The notes under the pieces were generated by a model that was not told where the DNA came from, did not search any database, and saw only the letters and a list, made by a program, of their open reading frames with translations. A stretch of 63,197 bases of DNA, filler included, from Neoconidiobolus thromboides FSU 785 (lineage: Eukaryota; Fungi; Entomophthoromycota): NCBI GenBank assembly GCA_025603075.1. It is 6 parts of 6 records of this genome, joined end to end, with 100 filler letters (N's around TTAATTAATTAA, not from the genome) between each part and the next. Parts side by side here need not be neighbours in the genome. Positions count along the whole stretch, not along the records: positions 29,087 to 54,396 come from MU626514.1; 5 more parts are not named here. One strand, 5' to 3'. Of the stretch, positions 35,465-48,805 are shown piece by piece (the first letter of the stretch is position 1; every line of letters starts with the position of its first letter). A program made the position numbers and the translations under genes.

Positions 35465-37763
35465 TTTATATTTAATTAAAGTTTTGAATTGAATTAGTTT
35501 GATTTCGGCTGTATTTATATGTTCTTGATTTCATTATTTCATAATTCGATAATTTTACTTTCTAACCGAAATTGTACTTAATTTTCAATAAGTAATGAAG
35601 CGGGCAAAAAACTATAATGATTAATTGTATGATGTAATAAAATAAAAGTGAGCTGAGATTTTGTAGAATTTTCAACTTTTGGCCTAAATTGAAATTTTAT
35701 TCTAATAATGAACTCGATATTTGCATTTTAACTAATTATTATAATCTGGGGTAAAGAAAATATCTTAGTGATTAAAAACGTTGGAGGTAAATAAAACTGA
35801 AGCAATTTATCCTTAGCTACATCCTTGTTATTATTTAAGAATGATCTAGCAATTACCATACTTCTACAGTTTATCATTTCTATTTACATTTTATAAGTTA
35901 ATTACTTATGTTTACATTCAGTTTTTCTCCCCCTACATCTATGAAGTCAAAAATTTAATCATTACAGCTCATGATTATTCTCATTATTACAATATTTAGA
36001 TCAGGCTCCCAGTATCTCTTATTTTGGTGAGAGTTATCTGTTTTCTAAAGGCACTAAATTATTGGCTATAACTCCCATATGAAATTCAATTACTGCATAT
36101 CATATCGTTACTTTTATCCTAACTTTTGTATACACACTGAGCATTTTAAAGTTAAAAAATGTACCGCTATTTTCATATATCTTATTGTTCAATGAAAACA
36201 ATGTGATTTAATAATCTTTTATTGGTTAGTTTATCTGAGCTATGATTTAAACGTAAGTGTAAAATATAGCTTAGTTTGAAACTATTTTTACAAATACTAA
36301 AATAGTCTACAGGTTCTTAAAGTGAACACGTGTTTGTTAATTAAGTGGTTTTATATAATAATATGGGTTGTTTTAAATATAAACTTAGCTATAATTTTCA
36401 AGTATTAGCAGATTAAAATTAAATAACAAATATCGGAAAAATGACTTGTTGTACTTTTAATAAACTAAAATTAAATGTTAACATTCAAAAAAACCAATAT
36501 TATGACAGTTAATGTGTAAAGTAAGACAACTATGATTAAATTACAGTATATAATATATAAACTTACTAAGTCCACCTTATAGATAAATAAGCTTAACTAT
36601 GTAGGTTTAATATAATTGGGAATTATGAGGAGCTAGATATTAGATTATCCATTAATATTAATATTAATAGTATAAAATAAGTATATGTATTTTTAAATTT
36701 TATTTACAATTGATTATAAAAAAAGGAATAATTTAACAATTAACCTAACTAGCTTAATAAAATTATAGCATATAATTAAATTATATTAGGCTTTTTATTA
36801 TATAATTAACTATAGCATATTAATAGATTTAGAATACAAATAATTTGCTTTTTAAAGATTAAAAGTATTAGATTACTGATCAATCGAAAAATATTATTAT
36901 TATCAATTGTTATTTTAGGGTTATTAGTATAATTAAATAATAAACATATCCCTGAATTTTTAGTTTTACTATCTAATTAGTCAATTTATCTATCCCTGAA
37001 TTTTGTTTGATTTTAAGCTTTTTTATACTTTAAATTAGCTAATTTACTAGTGAACAAAACCTTAATTATTAGTATTCTTAATTTACTATATTTTACATCT
37101 AATAAACTTATTTATTGTTAGGTACTTTACAATTTAAATATAAATAGGATATTTGAAAATAGTGTAAAAAAATAAAGTTGAAAAATTTCTATAAATTTAG
37201 ATGAAAAATTAGAAAATATAATAAATAAATGTTATACTTGATAGTTAGTGTAAATGTTATATCCTTAAAAAGCTAAAAAAGTTATCACCAATGATACCAC
37301 AGGCTACTTTAGAAAATAAGACAAAAAAATACATGTAATCTATTATTTATGGAAACCTTAAAATGTTCAGAAATATTAAAATACTATGGTAAAATGTTTG
37401 AAACATTTTTTATTCAATAGCTCAATATGAACTAAAAATAAAAATAGACTATTCGAAACCATGAAAACAATACCCTACTAATAAGAGTAAATGACTATTG
37501 AATATATCTGAAGGGTCTTTGTATAATTATATTGAAGGATTAAAGCTCAATAAGATGTAAATAATCCAAAGCAAGGGATTGAAACTACATAAATGATGGA
37601 AACAGAACTAAAGCTCATAACCAAAATTCAAAAAAGTCAATAATTTTCGACGCTTGATTCTTAATTTTTATCTAGTATAAAATTGGTATAAATCCAAGTG
37701 TTTAAAAAATACGACGATTCTTCTATTTAAATGATGCAAACCTGTGCATTACAACTAATTGTT

Positions 37764-40580
37764 TCAAAGCTTTCTTTTCTTTTGAGTCATTTCTTCTTTA
37801 GGTACTTCGGTATGACTAATATCAGAACCATACTCTACATCTTCTTTGGACGTTTCTTCATATGAAGTAAGTTCTGAATCATCTTCATACCCATCCAATG
37901 CTTCATATAGCTTTCTTGTAATTTTTACCTCTTTTTTACGCCAAACTTCTCGAATTTCTTCCGTTTCTCTATCTTCTATTTTTCCTTGGCTATTTAATTT
38001 ACTAGTGTGTGCTTTATCTCTACCATTCCCGTCTTCAAACATTTTCTCATCTATTACTATTCCTTCTTCACTTACTCGCGCTTCTTCAATTTGTTTCGCC
38101 TCTTCATTTATTTGTTCTTCTCTCGTCTTTTCTTCTTTGATTTTCTCTTTCCCTACTTTTCCTCTTTCCACTTCCTTGTCCCTATCTTCGTTACTGTTTT
38201 TGTTTTTTATTTTGAACTGGGGCCTAAACACTCTTTTAAATTCTTTTGTAGGAATCGAAAAAGAGCTGTAGTCAGCATAAGTTGGGATAATTGCAGGACA
38301 AAACTTGATTGGGTAGTATGTTAGTCCACCTGTCAAAGAATAAATATTGGTGAAGTCCTTATATATAAATACTTTGGATGCACCTGTTTCTTTGGCCTTA
38401 ATTAGTATTCTTTTATTAATACACTTTTCACAATTACATTCTTCTTGACACATAAAACAATGCCATTCTTTAAGCTGAGAAATTAAATAAGGATCTGTAT
38501 TCTCTTTAGTAACCAAAACCTTATGACATACTTTGGATTTACATTTGTTACAACTTACTACATCAATCCCTAAATGAATTTCCTTACAAGATTTACAGTG
38601 CATGTTTCTCTAAATCAAAATAAGTATTAGAACTTCATTAAGAACAGCAACTTACCCCTTTTAATAAGGAATAGTTCTTTAATGCTACAGTAAGCGTTGA
38701 ATGAACATTGGAGTCGTTTTTATATATCATACTAAAATTGAAGTTAGATTTTACTCTTTTATAAAAAAAAACTACTTACTTTGTATATGGTTCATTCAGA
38801 ACAACTTCGTTGCTTCCATTTTTCTGCAAATAGTTGTTAAGTGTAGAAATAAAGTCATAAGTTTTTTGGCTTACAACTTCTACATTTTTAACACTTTTAA
38901 ATTGAATAGATTTCATATTTTTGCATACTCTTCCCATCCCAAGACAGTAAATACAAATTTCATGCCCGATTTCATCCTCGTTCTCACATAAACCACAATG
39001 AAAATAATGAAGGTAGATATCTGATTTACAAAAATCGCAAACTATGTTGTATTCATAATATGAATCTTCAGCCAAAACAGTTGGTTTTATTTCTTTAATC
39101 GAACGAATGCTGTCATCTTTTATTTCATCTCTGAGTGAATGACAATAAAGCTCTAATAATAATTTATAATCTTCTACAAAATTACTTAATTTATCTCGGC
39201 AATAAGCTCTGATTTTGTTTTTTTTACTCTTTTTCATCCATCTCATCATCTTATTAATCCCATAATCTACCATTCTTTTTGTTTGATAGATCTCTGGTTT
39301 CAAGATCCTCCGATTAATCAAATTGACTTCTCTGATCGCGTATTTCAACGATTTAGCTGTATTTCTATTCCATGAGTATTTGATATTAGCTCCTTTACCA
39401 ATATTAACGACCTGATGAGCACATAAAGAAGGAACGAGAACAAAATCGCCAAGGGATTGTTCAATAAGCGTTACTTTAAATGGCATTTCTAATATTTTAT
39501 GAACCGGCATACAATAGTTATCTTGATCTAATGAGTAAAACCCCCCTCCATTTTCAGCAAAGAATTTTCGTGCTAATCTCCGATTATTTGTGTCAATCAT
39601 AAACCAAAGGGCTTTACTACCATTTTCACTGCTTACCATAATATTATGACCTAGTGAGCCACAAATATCAAAGTGTGCTGGGGTATAAGTACCTTCATAT
39701 CCAACATAAAGCATCAGATTATCAATTGAATTTTTGTTCATACTATTAAGGTCATTGCATCCTAAATATTGTAAATCAGAAGGAATGATTTTATTGATTT
39801 TATTCTTCCATTCAAGTGGATACTCGATATCTTTACCGTATAGTAGTGGGGAACTCTTACAAGACTTTTTGCGTTCCATCGATTCACAAAATTTAGTGAA
39901 TGTCATAAATCTATCTTGTTTTTTTTTTAAATCTCGGACTGCAACTTCTATTCAAATGTTTAGTATCACCTATATTCTACATTATCAATCTTACTAGTGC
40001 TTTTCATCTTTTCCTTCAACCAACCCAAACTAAATAGTTTGCTATCAAATCCCTCTAACTTGTGTAAATTCTTAATTACTAATGGTATCCCTTGTGTGAC
40101 TACTTTTTCATCAACTTCATTGAGAATCTTGTCCCAACCTTCTGAAGCGTCAATTGTAAAACCTTCAACAAAGTTAGGATATCTTATCAAATTTTCATAG
40201 TTATATTCTTCTTCGTCATATTTCATTTCATCTGCATCATTATATTTATTAACTACTTCCTCTAAATTCATTGGTGAAGGATACTGACCATTTGCTTGAT
40301 CAACTAGATTACCTGTATCATTGCTTTTGGTACCTTGTTTCAATGAGATATTTTCCTCATAAACCAAACTGCTATTGTTACTATCTTCGATTTGAGTTAG
40401 TGAACTTGTTTCTTCATTAGATAAAATATCAATATTATAATCCTCAAATTCTTGATTCAATAAATCATTTTGTTGATCAACTGTATTTTCAACATTATTG
40501 TTTTCACTTTCTTGAGTTAGTGATCCAATTACTTCATCGACTAGATTGTCAGTATTACTATCCTTAATATCTTCGCTCAT
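37764..40580 (-). CDS. JmjC-domain protein with Cys-rich zinc fingers (putative histone demethylase), 4 exons
   Basis: Intron 39948-39994 and two further GT-AG introns near 38733-38779 and 38610-38655 join the ORFs in frame. JmjC core YTPAHFD...PSLCAHQV keeps the HxD...H triad; CDFC..C..C and CKSC..CNKC..CFMC..CNCEKC fingers; acidic termini. Confidence 0.85.
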
Positions 40581-41743
40581 TAAACAATTTGTTCAAGCTT
40601 GAAAGTCTACCTGATTTTAATTTAAGTTTTCTTCTTTTTACTATAACTCTCTAAACTTCGTCGCTTAAATTCCATCCAATAAAATTTCATCGATCATAAT
40701 TTTTGCTTTTATTTTTGCATTTTTAAGAAAATATGGATTTGCACTTTTGTGTAGGATTGTTTGAATAATCTATACTTTTGATTTCTTATAACTTGACCAA
40801 TATTAAATAAAATTAGTAATCTTCAAAGTGCAATAAACTTTAAATACTGATATGCTATCAACTATATAAAGTTTTATTTCATAATTGTGTTTTTAGAATA
40901 TTGGAACTAAAGTTAGTCTATTATAAAAATTGTCTTCTTCACCTTAGATTTACAAAAGTATTTAGATTTGAGCTATCTTTTAAGGATTGTATAATTCAGC
41001 TAACATCTAAGTAAACTGTAGTATCAAAGCATTGAAATCAATATAAGGTTAAGTACAAGAACTATTGTAGTAAGCCAAAGCTATGAAAAATGCTTAAAAT
41101 TTTAAATCTTAAATAGACGTTCTTTATTCAGAGTTATAAACTTTGCATCACAGCATTACTATGTAGTTTTTTTATTCAGGTATGCCTGTTATATATATTG
41201 AGATATACATAGCATTATTTGCAAAAACTCGTTTTAAGTATCTAATTAAGTAATATATAAAAAAGCTGTTTAAAAGTTATAATCTAATTAAAGTTGTTAT
41301 TATAAAAATATATACTTTATTAAATAGATTATGTTGTCAGGCTGAAAAAAAGATATTAAGCTTTACAATAAATAGGCACAGAACGGACAAATTTTTAACC
41401 AATAAAAACACGAAGAAAATAAGGGATAAAATTCAGTCCAATAAAATAGAATTGAGATATATATAGAACATAGTAACTCTTTTCATTATATAAGCAATAT
41501 CCGAGGGTTTTTATATAGCTTTTAGTTTTAGGGTTAACAAGAATGTCAAAAACAATACTGATATCACAAATTTATCATTAGAATTAAACATTAGCCTTTG
41601 TTATAAATTACAAAAACCCAGAATTATAGATATTAAACCACAAAAATCATTACATCATAAGCTAATACTATTGTGCATAACCCCGGTTTACTCAAGTTAC
41701 TTGCAGAAATTTAATTTTATTACTTAAAATTGTTAAGAATAAT

Positions 41744-41791
41744 TTATGAATAAAATTATGAATAAAATTATGAATAAAATTATGAGTAAAA
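41744..41791. repeat. 12-bp tandem repeat (TTATGAATAAAA)x4
   Basis: Direct reading; last unit has one substitution. Confidence 0.85.
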
Positions 41792-42123
41792 GGAACTAAA
41801 TAAAATACAGAAAAATAATTTTGGCTATACACAAATAGTTTTGCTTTTAATCCTTTTAATGCTTTTAATGCTTTTAATGCTTTTTATACTCTACTACTTG
41901 ATAACCCTATTTGTTATTTGTATAATAAACTAAATTACTATATACTCAAGGGCTTTATCTGAATCTGATACTGAGAGTAGTTTAAAACCCAATTTGAAGT
42001 CTATTTACTAAATCAAAAAAGTTGAGCCAACTGTTGAAGAATAAAAATCCAAATTTCTGTAACCTGATTTAAATGAACCAATTTAAATTAAGAAAAAGTA
42101 AGTTTGATTTTTTTAAATTTAAA

Positions 42124-45100
42124 ATGAGTGCCGAAAATCCGATTGATTCAAAGATTGGACCTAAGGGTAACTTAAATCAATTTAAATTAAACCAGGCTGA
42201 AGGCGTCCATGTTACTGGTTCTACTACAGTGAGTGATAACAGTATATCAGATGTTTCAAACAGTATAATTGAAGTGAAATCAGTGTCTGAAATAGTCCCA
42301 GGAGCGGCTGAAGAAACAACTGAAAACAGCGCTGAGAAGGAATATAGTCATATACAAAAAGCTGCTATACATGCATCTGAAGCTTATATTGGGACTTCAA
42401 AGAGAATTGGGAGCAAGATTCCTGAAATAGTGTCAACTGCTAACTGGGAAGGTGAGGTAGCTAATGAGATCGTTGTTGATGATATTGGTCTAAATAATGA
42501 GAATGGAGGCGAATTAAGAAAGAAAGAAATGGATGATAGTAGTAGTTCTAGTTTTTATAATTATAATAATCATTCTAACGGCTTTAATCAAAAAGAAATT
42601 TTTATTTCTGAAAGCAGAGATATTAATGATATTAATGAAAAAAGAGAAGATAAAACGGGTAATATTTATATACTTTTTATTTTGCTAGGTATTAATTTAT
42701 AATTTGATTAGATCACGAAAATAATGGACGGAGTGGTATCGAAGCTTCTAATTGTTCAGCCTCTAATTTAAAGGATTTATCTGATACATCTTCAATGAAT
42801 AATACAATTGGTGAAAGTTTCGCAATTTCTGGAACCGATGCGTTTGCTTCCATGCTTGTAGAAAGTATGGGCAATAATAGATTCAAAGACCAAAAAAATT
42901 CATCTCATATTGAGGATATTGATAGTAACTCTACATTAGGTATTGATCAAAATGTTATCAATAAAAACACGAAAGTAGTCAATGGGTTAAGCGATGGAAC
43001 AAAAGAAAAAGAAAAAATAGAAGAAAGGTTAAATAATTCCAGTGAATCATGTAGATCTATCAAAGAGTTAGAAGGAATTTTAAACCATGGATTGAGAGAT
43101 TCATTTTCCCTTAATGATTTTGATGTGTTTAAAAATACACATTTGCAGCGGGAAAATGCCAAGAGATCCAAAAATGGTCCAGGAGTTTTTGATTCTACTG
43201 CTATTTCCTCTAAATCAGATGATATTGAAGATGGTGTTGGCGATGCAGGTAAATATAAATCAAACGCTTTATATTAAAATCCAATAACTAATTTTAAATA
43301 GAATTGGAAGGTAAGGTTTCTAACAGTACTAAGACTTCAAAAGATTCCGAATCTTTAAATCTTGATTGTAGTCAATCATTGAAATCAAAATCAGATTATA
43401 CTTTAATTAAGGAAGATGAACCGGCTAAATTGAAGGAAAAAGCGGATATTCAAGAAGTAATTGATAAAAATGATATTAATCAAAGTGGCTCAAGTGATAT
43501 TGATTTGGATGAGAATGATAAATCAATAATCAATAAAATAAATGAAGGCAACTATTTTAATAAACTTAATGATTTTATTGGACATGAGATTATGCAAAAT
43601 AAAATAAACAATCAAAATCAGAATTGTAATAAAGATATTAAAGGGGGTGACTTAAACTTATCTATTTTAAATAATATGGAGAAATCCGCTTTTGATAACT
43701 ATGATGGGCAGAATAATAACGTAAATAGTATTGAACAAAATACTAAAGCAATTAATCATGAGAATGATATGGTTAAGATTACTAATGAAAATGGTAAGTA
43801 TATGTTATCTTCAATAACAATTATAATAATAAAAGATAGGCTATAATAAACATGAAACTATGAATAACCAGTTGTATGATGATGAAGGTGAAGTATATCT
43901 CAAGTTAAATGGTAATTTTAGTTACACTATATAAAAAACATCAATTTATAAGAATATATAGATTCTGACGAAAAGTCAAATAATAGCTCACCAAATGAAA
44001 CTAGTCAAAATAATTCATTAAATGGAATGCATCATATATCCTATACACAAGAGGAATCAGGAAAGCATGATAATGCTGTTGAAATTACTGAATTAATAGA
44101 TGACTTAACAACAAATTTATTTACATTTAATGAAGACGCGATCTTTAAATCTGTATTAAAGGTAGATGAACCATCTAATCCAAATAATATTTTAGATGCT
44201 ATTGAAGAGGTTTTCGATGAAAACCATGATAGGGAGAATAAATTTACTAATGGCAAAAACGAAAATATTGATAGTGAAAATGAACTTTTAACTGAATTAA
44301 TTTCAGATTATGATGGCGCAAATCATTTGGATAATGGAGCCCATCATCCATCACATGTCCAAAAAATAGAATATCAATGTAATGAGGAGGAGAACCACAA
44401 TGTTGATACTCAATTTATTAATAATTGTTATAACGATGAATATCATTTTCATGGTTATGTGGCATCTAGCGAGAATGATAGTAATGGTTTTGCTAAAAAA
44501 TCATCAACTATGACACCAACAATAGCTAATCAAAATGATTATGCAATTGACCCAGTAGAAGATGTGTTTGCAGAAGAAAGTGAAAATGATAGTGTTAAGG
44601 ATTTTTATGATAATGAATTAAATAGAAATTTCATAAAAATTCAAATGGATAATAAAGATGAAGAATCATTATGGGATAGCCAACAAAATGAGATAAGCCC
44701 AGATGATAGCAGTACTTGGAATAGGATTTCAAAGGAAAACAAAAGTAATAATAAAGTCAATGATAAAGCTAAAAAAATAGTTTTAGAGGAATCAAATCAA
44801 AACCAAAGAGAAGAGTGGCGTAAATTAAGCAAGTCATCCTCGAAAGTAAGTAATAACGGTGTAGTTAGTAGGTTAACTACAAAATGGGTGGATGGAATAA
44901 AAGAAGAAGATCATAATGAAGTAAACTTTGATGTGCCAGGTGAAAGTTGGAAAACATATTTGGAATGGATTATAGCCAACAAAGATAAAGACATAAAAGA
45001 TCCATCAATAGCAGATCAAACTATATTAAGTGATGTCGAAGATGAATGGAAAGATAGACCAAGGAGCTTTTCTGATTTTTGTGTTAGATCGTGGTCTAGT

Positions 45101-46300
45101 GGTAGTCAAAATGAGGAGTATTATGAAGATGATGAAAGATCCGAAAGAAAAGGCAAAAAGGAATTATACGAAGGAAATGGGCATACAAACAAAAGTTCAT
45201 ATAAGGTAATAGCAATTTGATTATTTATACTAGTGATAACGATTATATAGGAATCTGACAATAAAGGACTGAAAGAAATCTCAGATGAAGAATTAGGATC
45301 GAACTCAAGCTCAAAGCAAGAATCAAATCCCACCATACAATCGGGGAATTATAGTAGTTCATTTTTAGAACTTTTAACTGAACAGAAAGAATTTGATGAC
45401 AAAAAGTTAGATTGCTTTGATAAAAATTCCGATACCCATGCAAAACATGTTGATAATAGTTTGAATGATTTTTCAAACAATGTTGTAAATCCAAACTCTA
45501 TTTCAGTATTACTAGAAGACAATGATAACAATATCAATAATAATTATAATAAAGGCAATGATGATGGTGTTAACGATAATGCAAATAATATCAGCAGTAA
45601 TAGTGATAATGTCACCAATGGCAATACGAGTAATAATATCAGTAATGACAAAGAGATTGAAGATTTATTAAACTCAATCAATTCAGTAAATTTAACGCAT
45701 ATTAAACCATCAGTGCCAACCATGAATTTAAAACGTGGGCAAAGTGAGACATCGAATGGCAGTAATAAAAGTACAAACCATGGCTCTAATGAATTCATTG
45801 ATTTCAAAACCAATTCAGCAATTCATTATAGTAATGAAGTATTAAATAAATCCAAAAGAGGGGAAGATAATGACAACGAGCTATTAAAAGCAAAAAGACA
45901 AGCCACTGAATTATGCAGTAGTAAATCAGCCCAAATATTTAAGAATAATAATGAAGAGTTGAATAAAATCCCATCAATTTTAACATCAAATAGAAAAATC
46001 AAATCCGTTTTACAATTTGATTTACTTAGAGTATCAAATAACAAAGATGATAGTAATAAACCAAGTTCTCAAATTAATGGTATTGATATTGGCCAAAAAG
46101 TGGAAACAAATAGTGAATGCGAAAGTCGAATTAAAATTGTATACTTTGACACTCCAAATGGCCCACAAAAATTTGTATGGGACTTGATTTATAATCCATA
46201 TTATTTATTAAGAGAATTCTGTACCAAAAACAATATCAATAATGAACATTATTTTGATGGTTTATTATTTTACCTTAATCAGTTTCAAAAAAATTATTAA
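42124..46300 (+). CDS. large multi-exon acidic Asn/Asp/Glu-rich protein of unknown function with a small folded C-terminal domain
   Basis: Consecutive + strand ORFs separated by ~45-55 nt GT-AG introns (~42660, ~43250, ~43796, ~43911, ~45206). Start placed at MSAENP; exact junctions approximate. Confidence 0.7.
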
Positions 46301-47646
46301 AGCTAACCAATATTTGCCAAACTATGAGTTATCATCTTTTGATATTGTTTTAATATTGGCTATACTATAAATTGAGTTTTAGATGCCTTTAGTATTGATC
46401 TTTATTTGTTTAAAATTTGAATGAATTAATTTTTTGAATTAGAATTCCTGATTTCAAGATTATCTCTAGTAAAAAATAAAATTATCAAGTACTTCATTTA
46501 ATAAGTACTTCCTGAAATCTTTAGTTTAGTTTTTATTTCACACCTAAATAACAGTTTTTGTTTTTAGTCTATGTTGAACTGACAACATTAAACATCTAAA
46601 TAACCTTATTCAAAGTTTCCTATGCAGTTTACAAGCAACGATTTACTTGTACTTTTTTTCTCTTCGTGCTGTATATTGAAATCATGCTTCCTTTAGCAAT
46701 AAAGAACAATACAACAAAAAAGGATATAAAAATCAACTCTATAGGTGAGATGTTATATAGTCATTTGCTTGACAATTTATTGTAGTAAAGATTTCAACCC
46801 TTTGCTTTCAATTAGATAAATTATTCAATAATTAAAATCAAAGTTGACAATTTTGACAAGTAGATTTTGAAACATTGTTTATATGAAATCGTTGTCATTT
46901 TTCACATATATCCTTGAAAAACTAGTTTAAATAAAAATTTCACTTATAATATACATTTGTGTTCTGTTTAAGCTGAATTATGTTATTAGTTATTGAATAT
47001 CCATTTATTTCAATACTCCACACAAAGATCTTTAAAGTAATTTTAGTTTAATGAAATCAAGTCTTTTGATTTCTTTTATTATTCATGAATACTATTAAAA
47101 TTTAGGAAGGTATCAAGACATATTTAGACCAGCCCTTTAGCTAATGCTTGAACTTATTGATCTCTTATATCATGTAGTTTAAGCATTTCTGGCTATATCA
47201 GTTTAATTCAAAATTATATAGATTGACTTTTAATTATTATAAACCTTTTAAGAATTCTTATTCCATCATAAGTACGATATATTATAAAATGTCTACCTAA
47301 AAAAGTCATTGTCAAGTTTTATAGAATATGAAATTTTCTGCAATGCAATTTATTAATATTGTTATTTTTGTTAATAACCAAAATTAGTATATTTTTTAAT
47401 AAATTAAAAATTAATTGTAAAAAATCGCAACAAAAAAAGAACCAATAAATGGAACTAATAAAGAAAATCTCAAGTAATAATTGGCCATAAACGCTCAACT
47501 CCAAATAAAGCAATTGCCATTAACTTGCTCATCCGAGATCAATGTATTGTAATAACAATTCCAAGAACACCTTTATAAATCAAAAACAACAACCATTTCC
47601 TCAAACTCATTTGTTCTTTTTTAAATAATATTAACAGTAAAATAAG

Positions 47647-48060
47647 ATGAAACTAAACCTTTTGATAAGCGTGCTTAGTAGTATGATAATCATGGGCACC
47701 ATAGAGTGCCGAGCCGTTGATAATGAAATGATGGTCAAGAGAGATGGTATGTTATCGAATCTTTTACGTGGCCTTGGCCATAAGTTACATGTTCGGGAAA
47801 TGTTAAATAAACTACATCTTTTAAAGAGAGACAACGATGGTGATGATGAGGATAAAAGTGATGAAGATAAAAAAGAGGATAAAAAAGAAGATAAGGATGA
47901 AGATAAGAAAGAAGACAAGAAGGTTGAGGTCAAGAAAGATGAAAATAAATCAAAAAATGGAGCTAAATTGTTTAAAGGAAGTTCCAGTGAAACCACTTTA
48001 GCTGGAAGCTCTGCTCTACTTCCTATTGCTCTCGCTGCTATCTATAATGTTAGATATTAA
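47647..48060 (+). CDS. secreted precursor with two KR sites, acidic/basic repeat spacer and possible GPI signal
   Basis: Hydrophobic N-terminus, KR at aa 31-32 and 60-61, DKKE repeats, SSS + spacer + hydrophobic C-terminus. Confidence 0.75.
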   Translation: MKLNLLISVLSSMIIMGTIECRAVDNEMMVKRDGMLSNLLRGLGHKLHVREMLNKLHLLKRDNDGDDEDKSDEDKKEDKKEDKDEDKKEDKKVEVKKDENKSKNGAKLFKGSSSETTLAGSSALLPIALAAIYNVRY

Positions 48061-48339
48061 ACCCTTTGTATCTATTTAATATCAATTAATAAACCTAAAC
48101 TTTTACTGATTTTTATGACGAGTTTTTGTTTAGATAGTAGAGTAACCATATACATTTATAAATAAAATTATTCAAAAATTAATAGCTATCTAATATTTAT
48201 AAAATTGATTTGATAGTTTATCCTGGCTTATAGATGTAACCAGAGTATTTTCATATTAAGTCTATTAAGTTATTCCAATATTAACAATACACCGGCAGCT
48301 ATATATTTAAACGTAACTGTAAAGCTGTATAATATAATA

Positions 48340-48440
48340 AATGAGGATGTTTTTTGGTTTCATTACTTTTCCATCTTTTAAGCACTATTTGAGTGGAAAA
48401 TTTGTTAGTAAAATTCTTAAACACGAAAATATATCCCTGA
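48340..48440 (-). mobile_element. MITE family A copy
   Basis: ATGAGGATG...AGCACTATTTGAGTGGAAAATTTGTTAGTAAAATTCTTAAACACG...ATATCCCTGA. Confidence 0.8.
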
Positions 48441-48805
48441 ACGTTTATTTTAAATAATCGTCTTAAATATACAATACTTTATTTTGAGATAGTTTTCAGT
48501 GATTTGTTTTGTTGTGCTATCATCTTCAAATTTTATTAAATTTTGTTACTCATTAGTTTAACAAAGACCACAGATATCCTTTGCAGGTTGCTAACCTTCA
48601 GCTTTCATTACTCTACATAATTATTTCAAAAAGTACTTAAATATAAAGGTTTACAAGAGTTAAAAAAAATCAGTCATTAAGTAGAATCATACCAATTAAA
48701 ACAAATGCTATCTGATTTTGGTTGGTAGACAAATAAAATCAAAATTTAAGGAAAATTGTTTTTTGTATTTTAGTCTTTAGTTCTTTAGTATATAGCTAAA
48801 TAACT

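Noticed and set aside
37846-47996. Short Ser/Leu/Phe-rich ORFs opposite real genes (e.g. 37846+, 38007+, 38701+, 39734+, 42947-, 45544-, 47631-)
   Set aside because: Antisense shadows of Glu/Lys/Asn-rich coding sequence.
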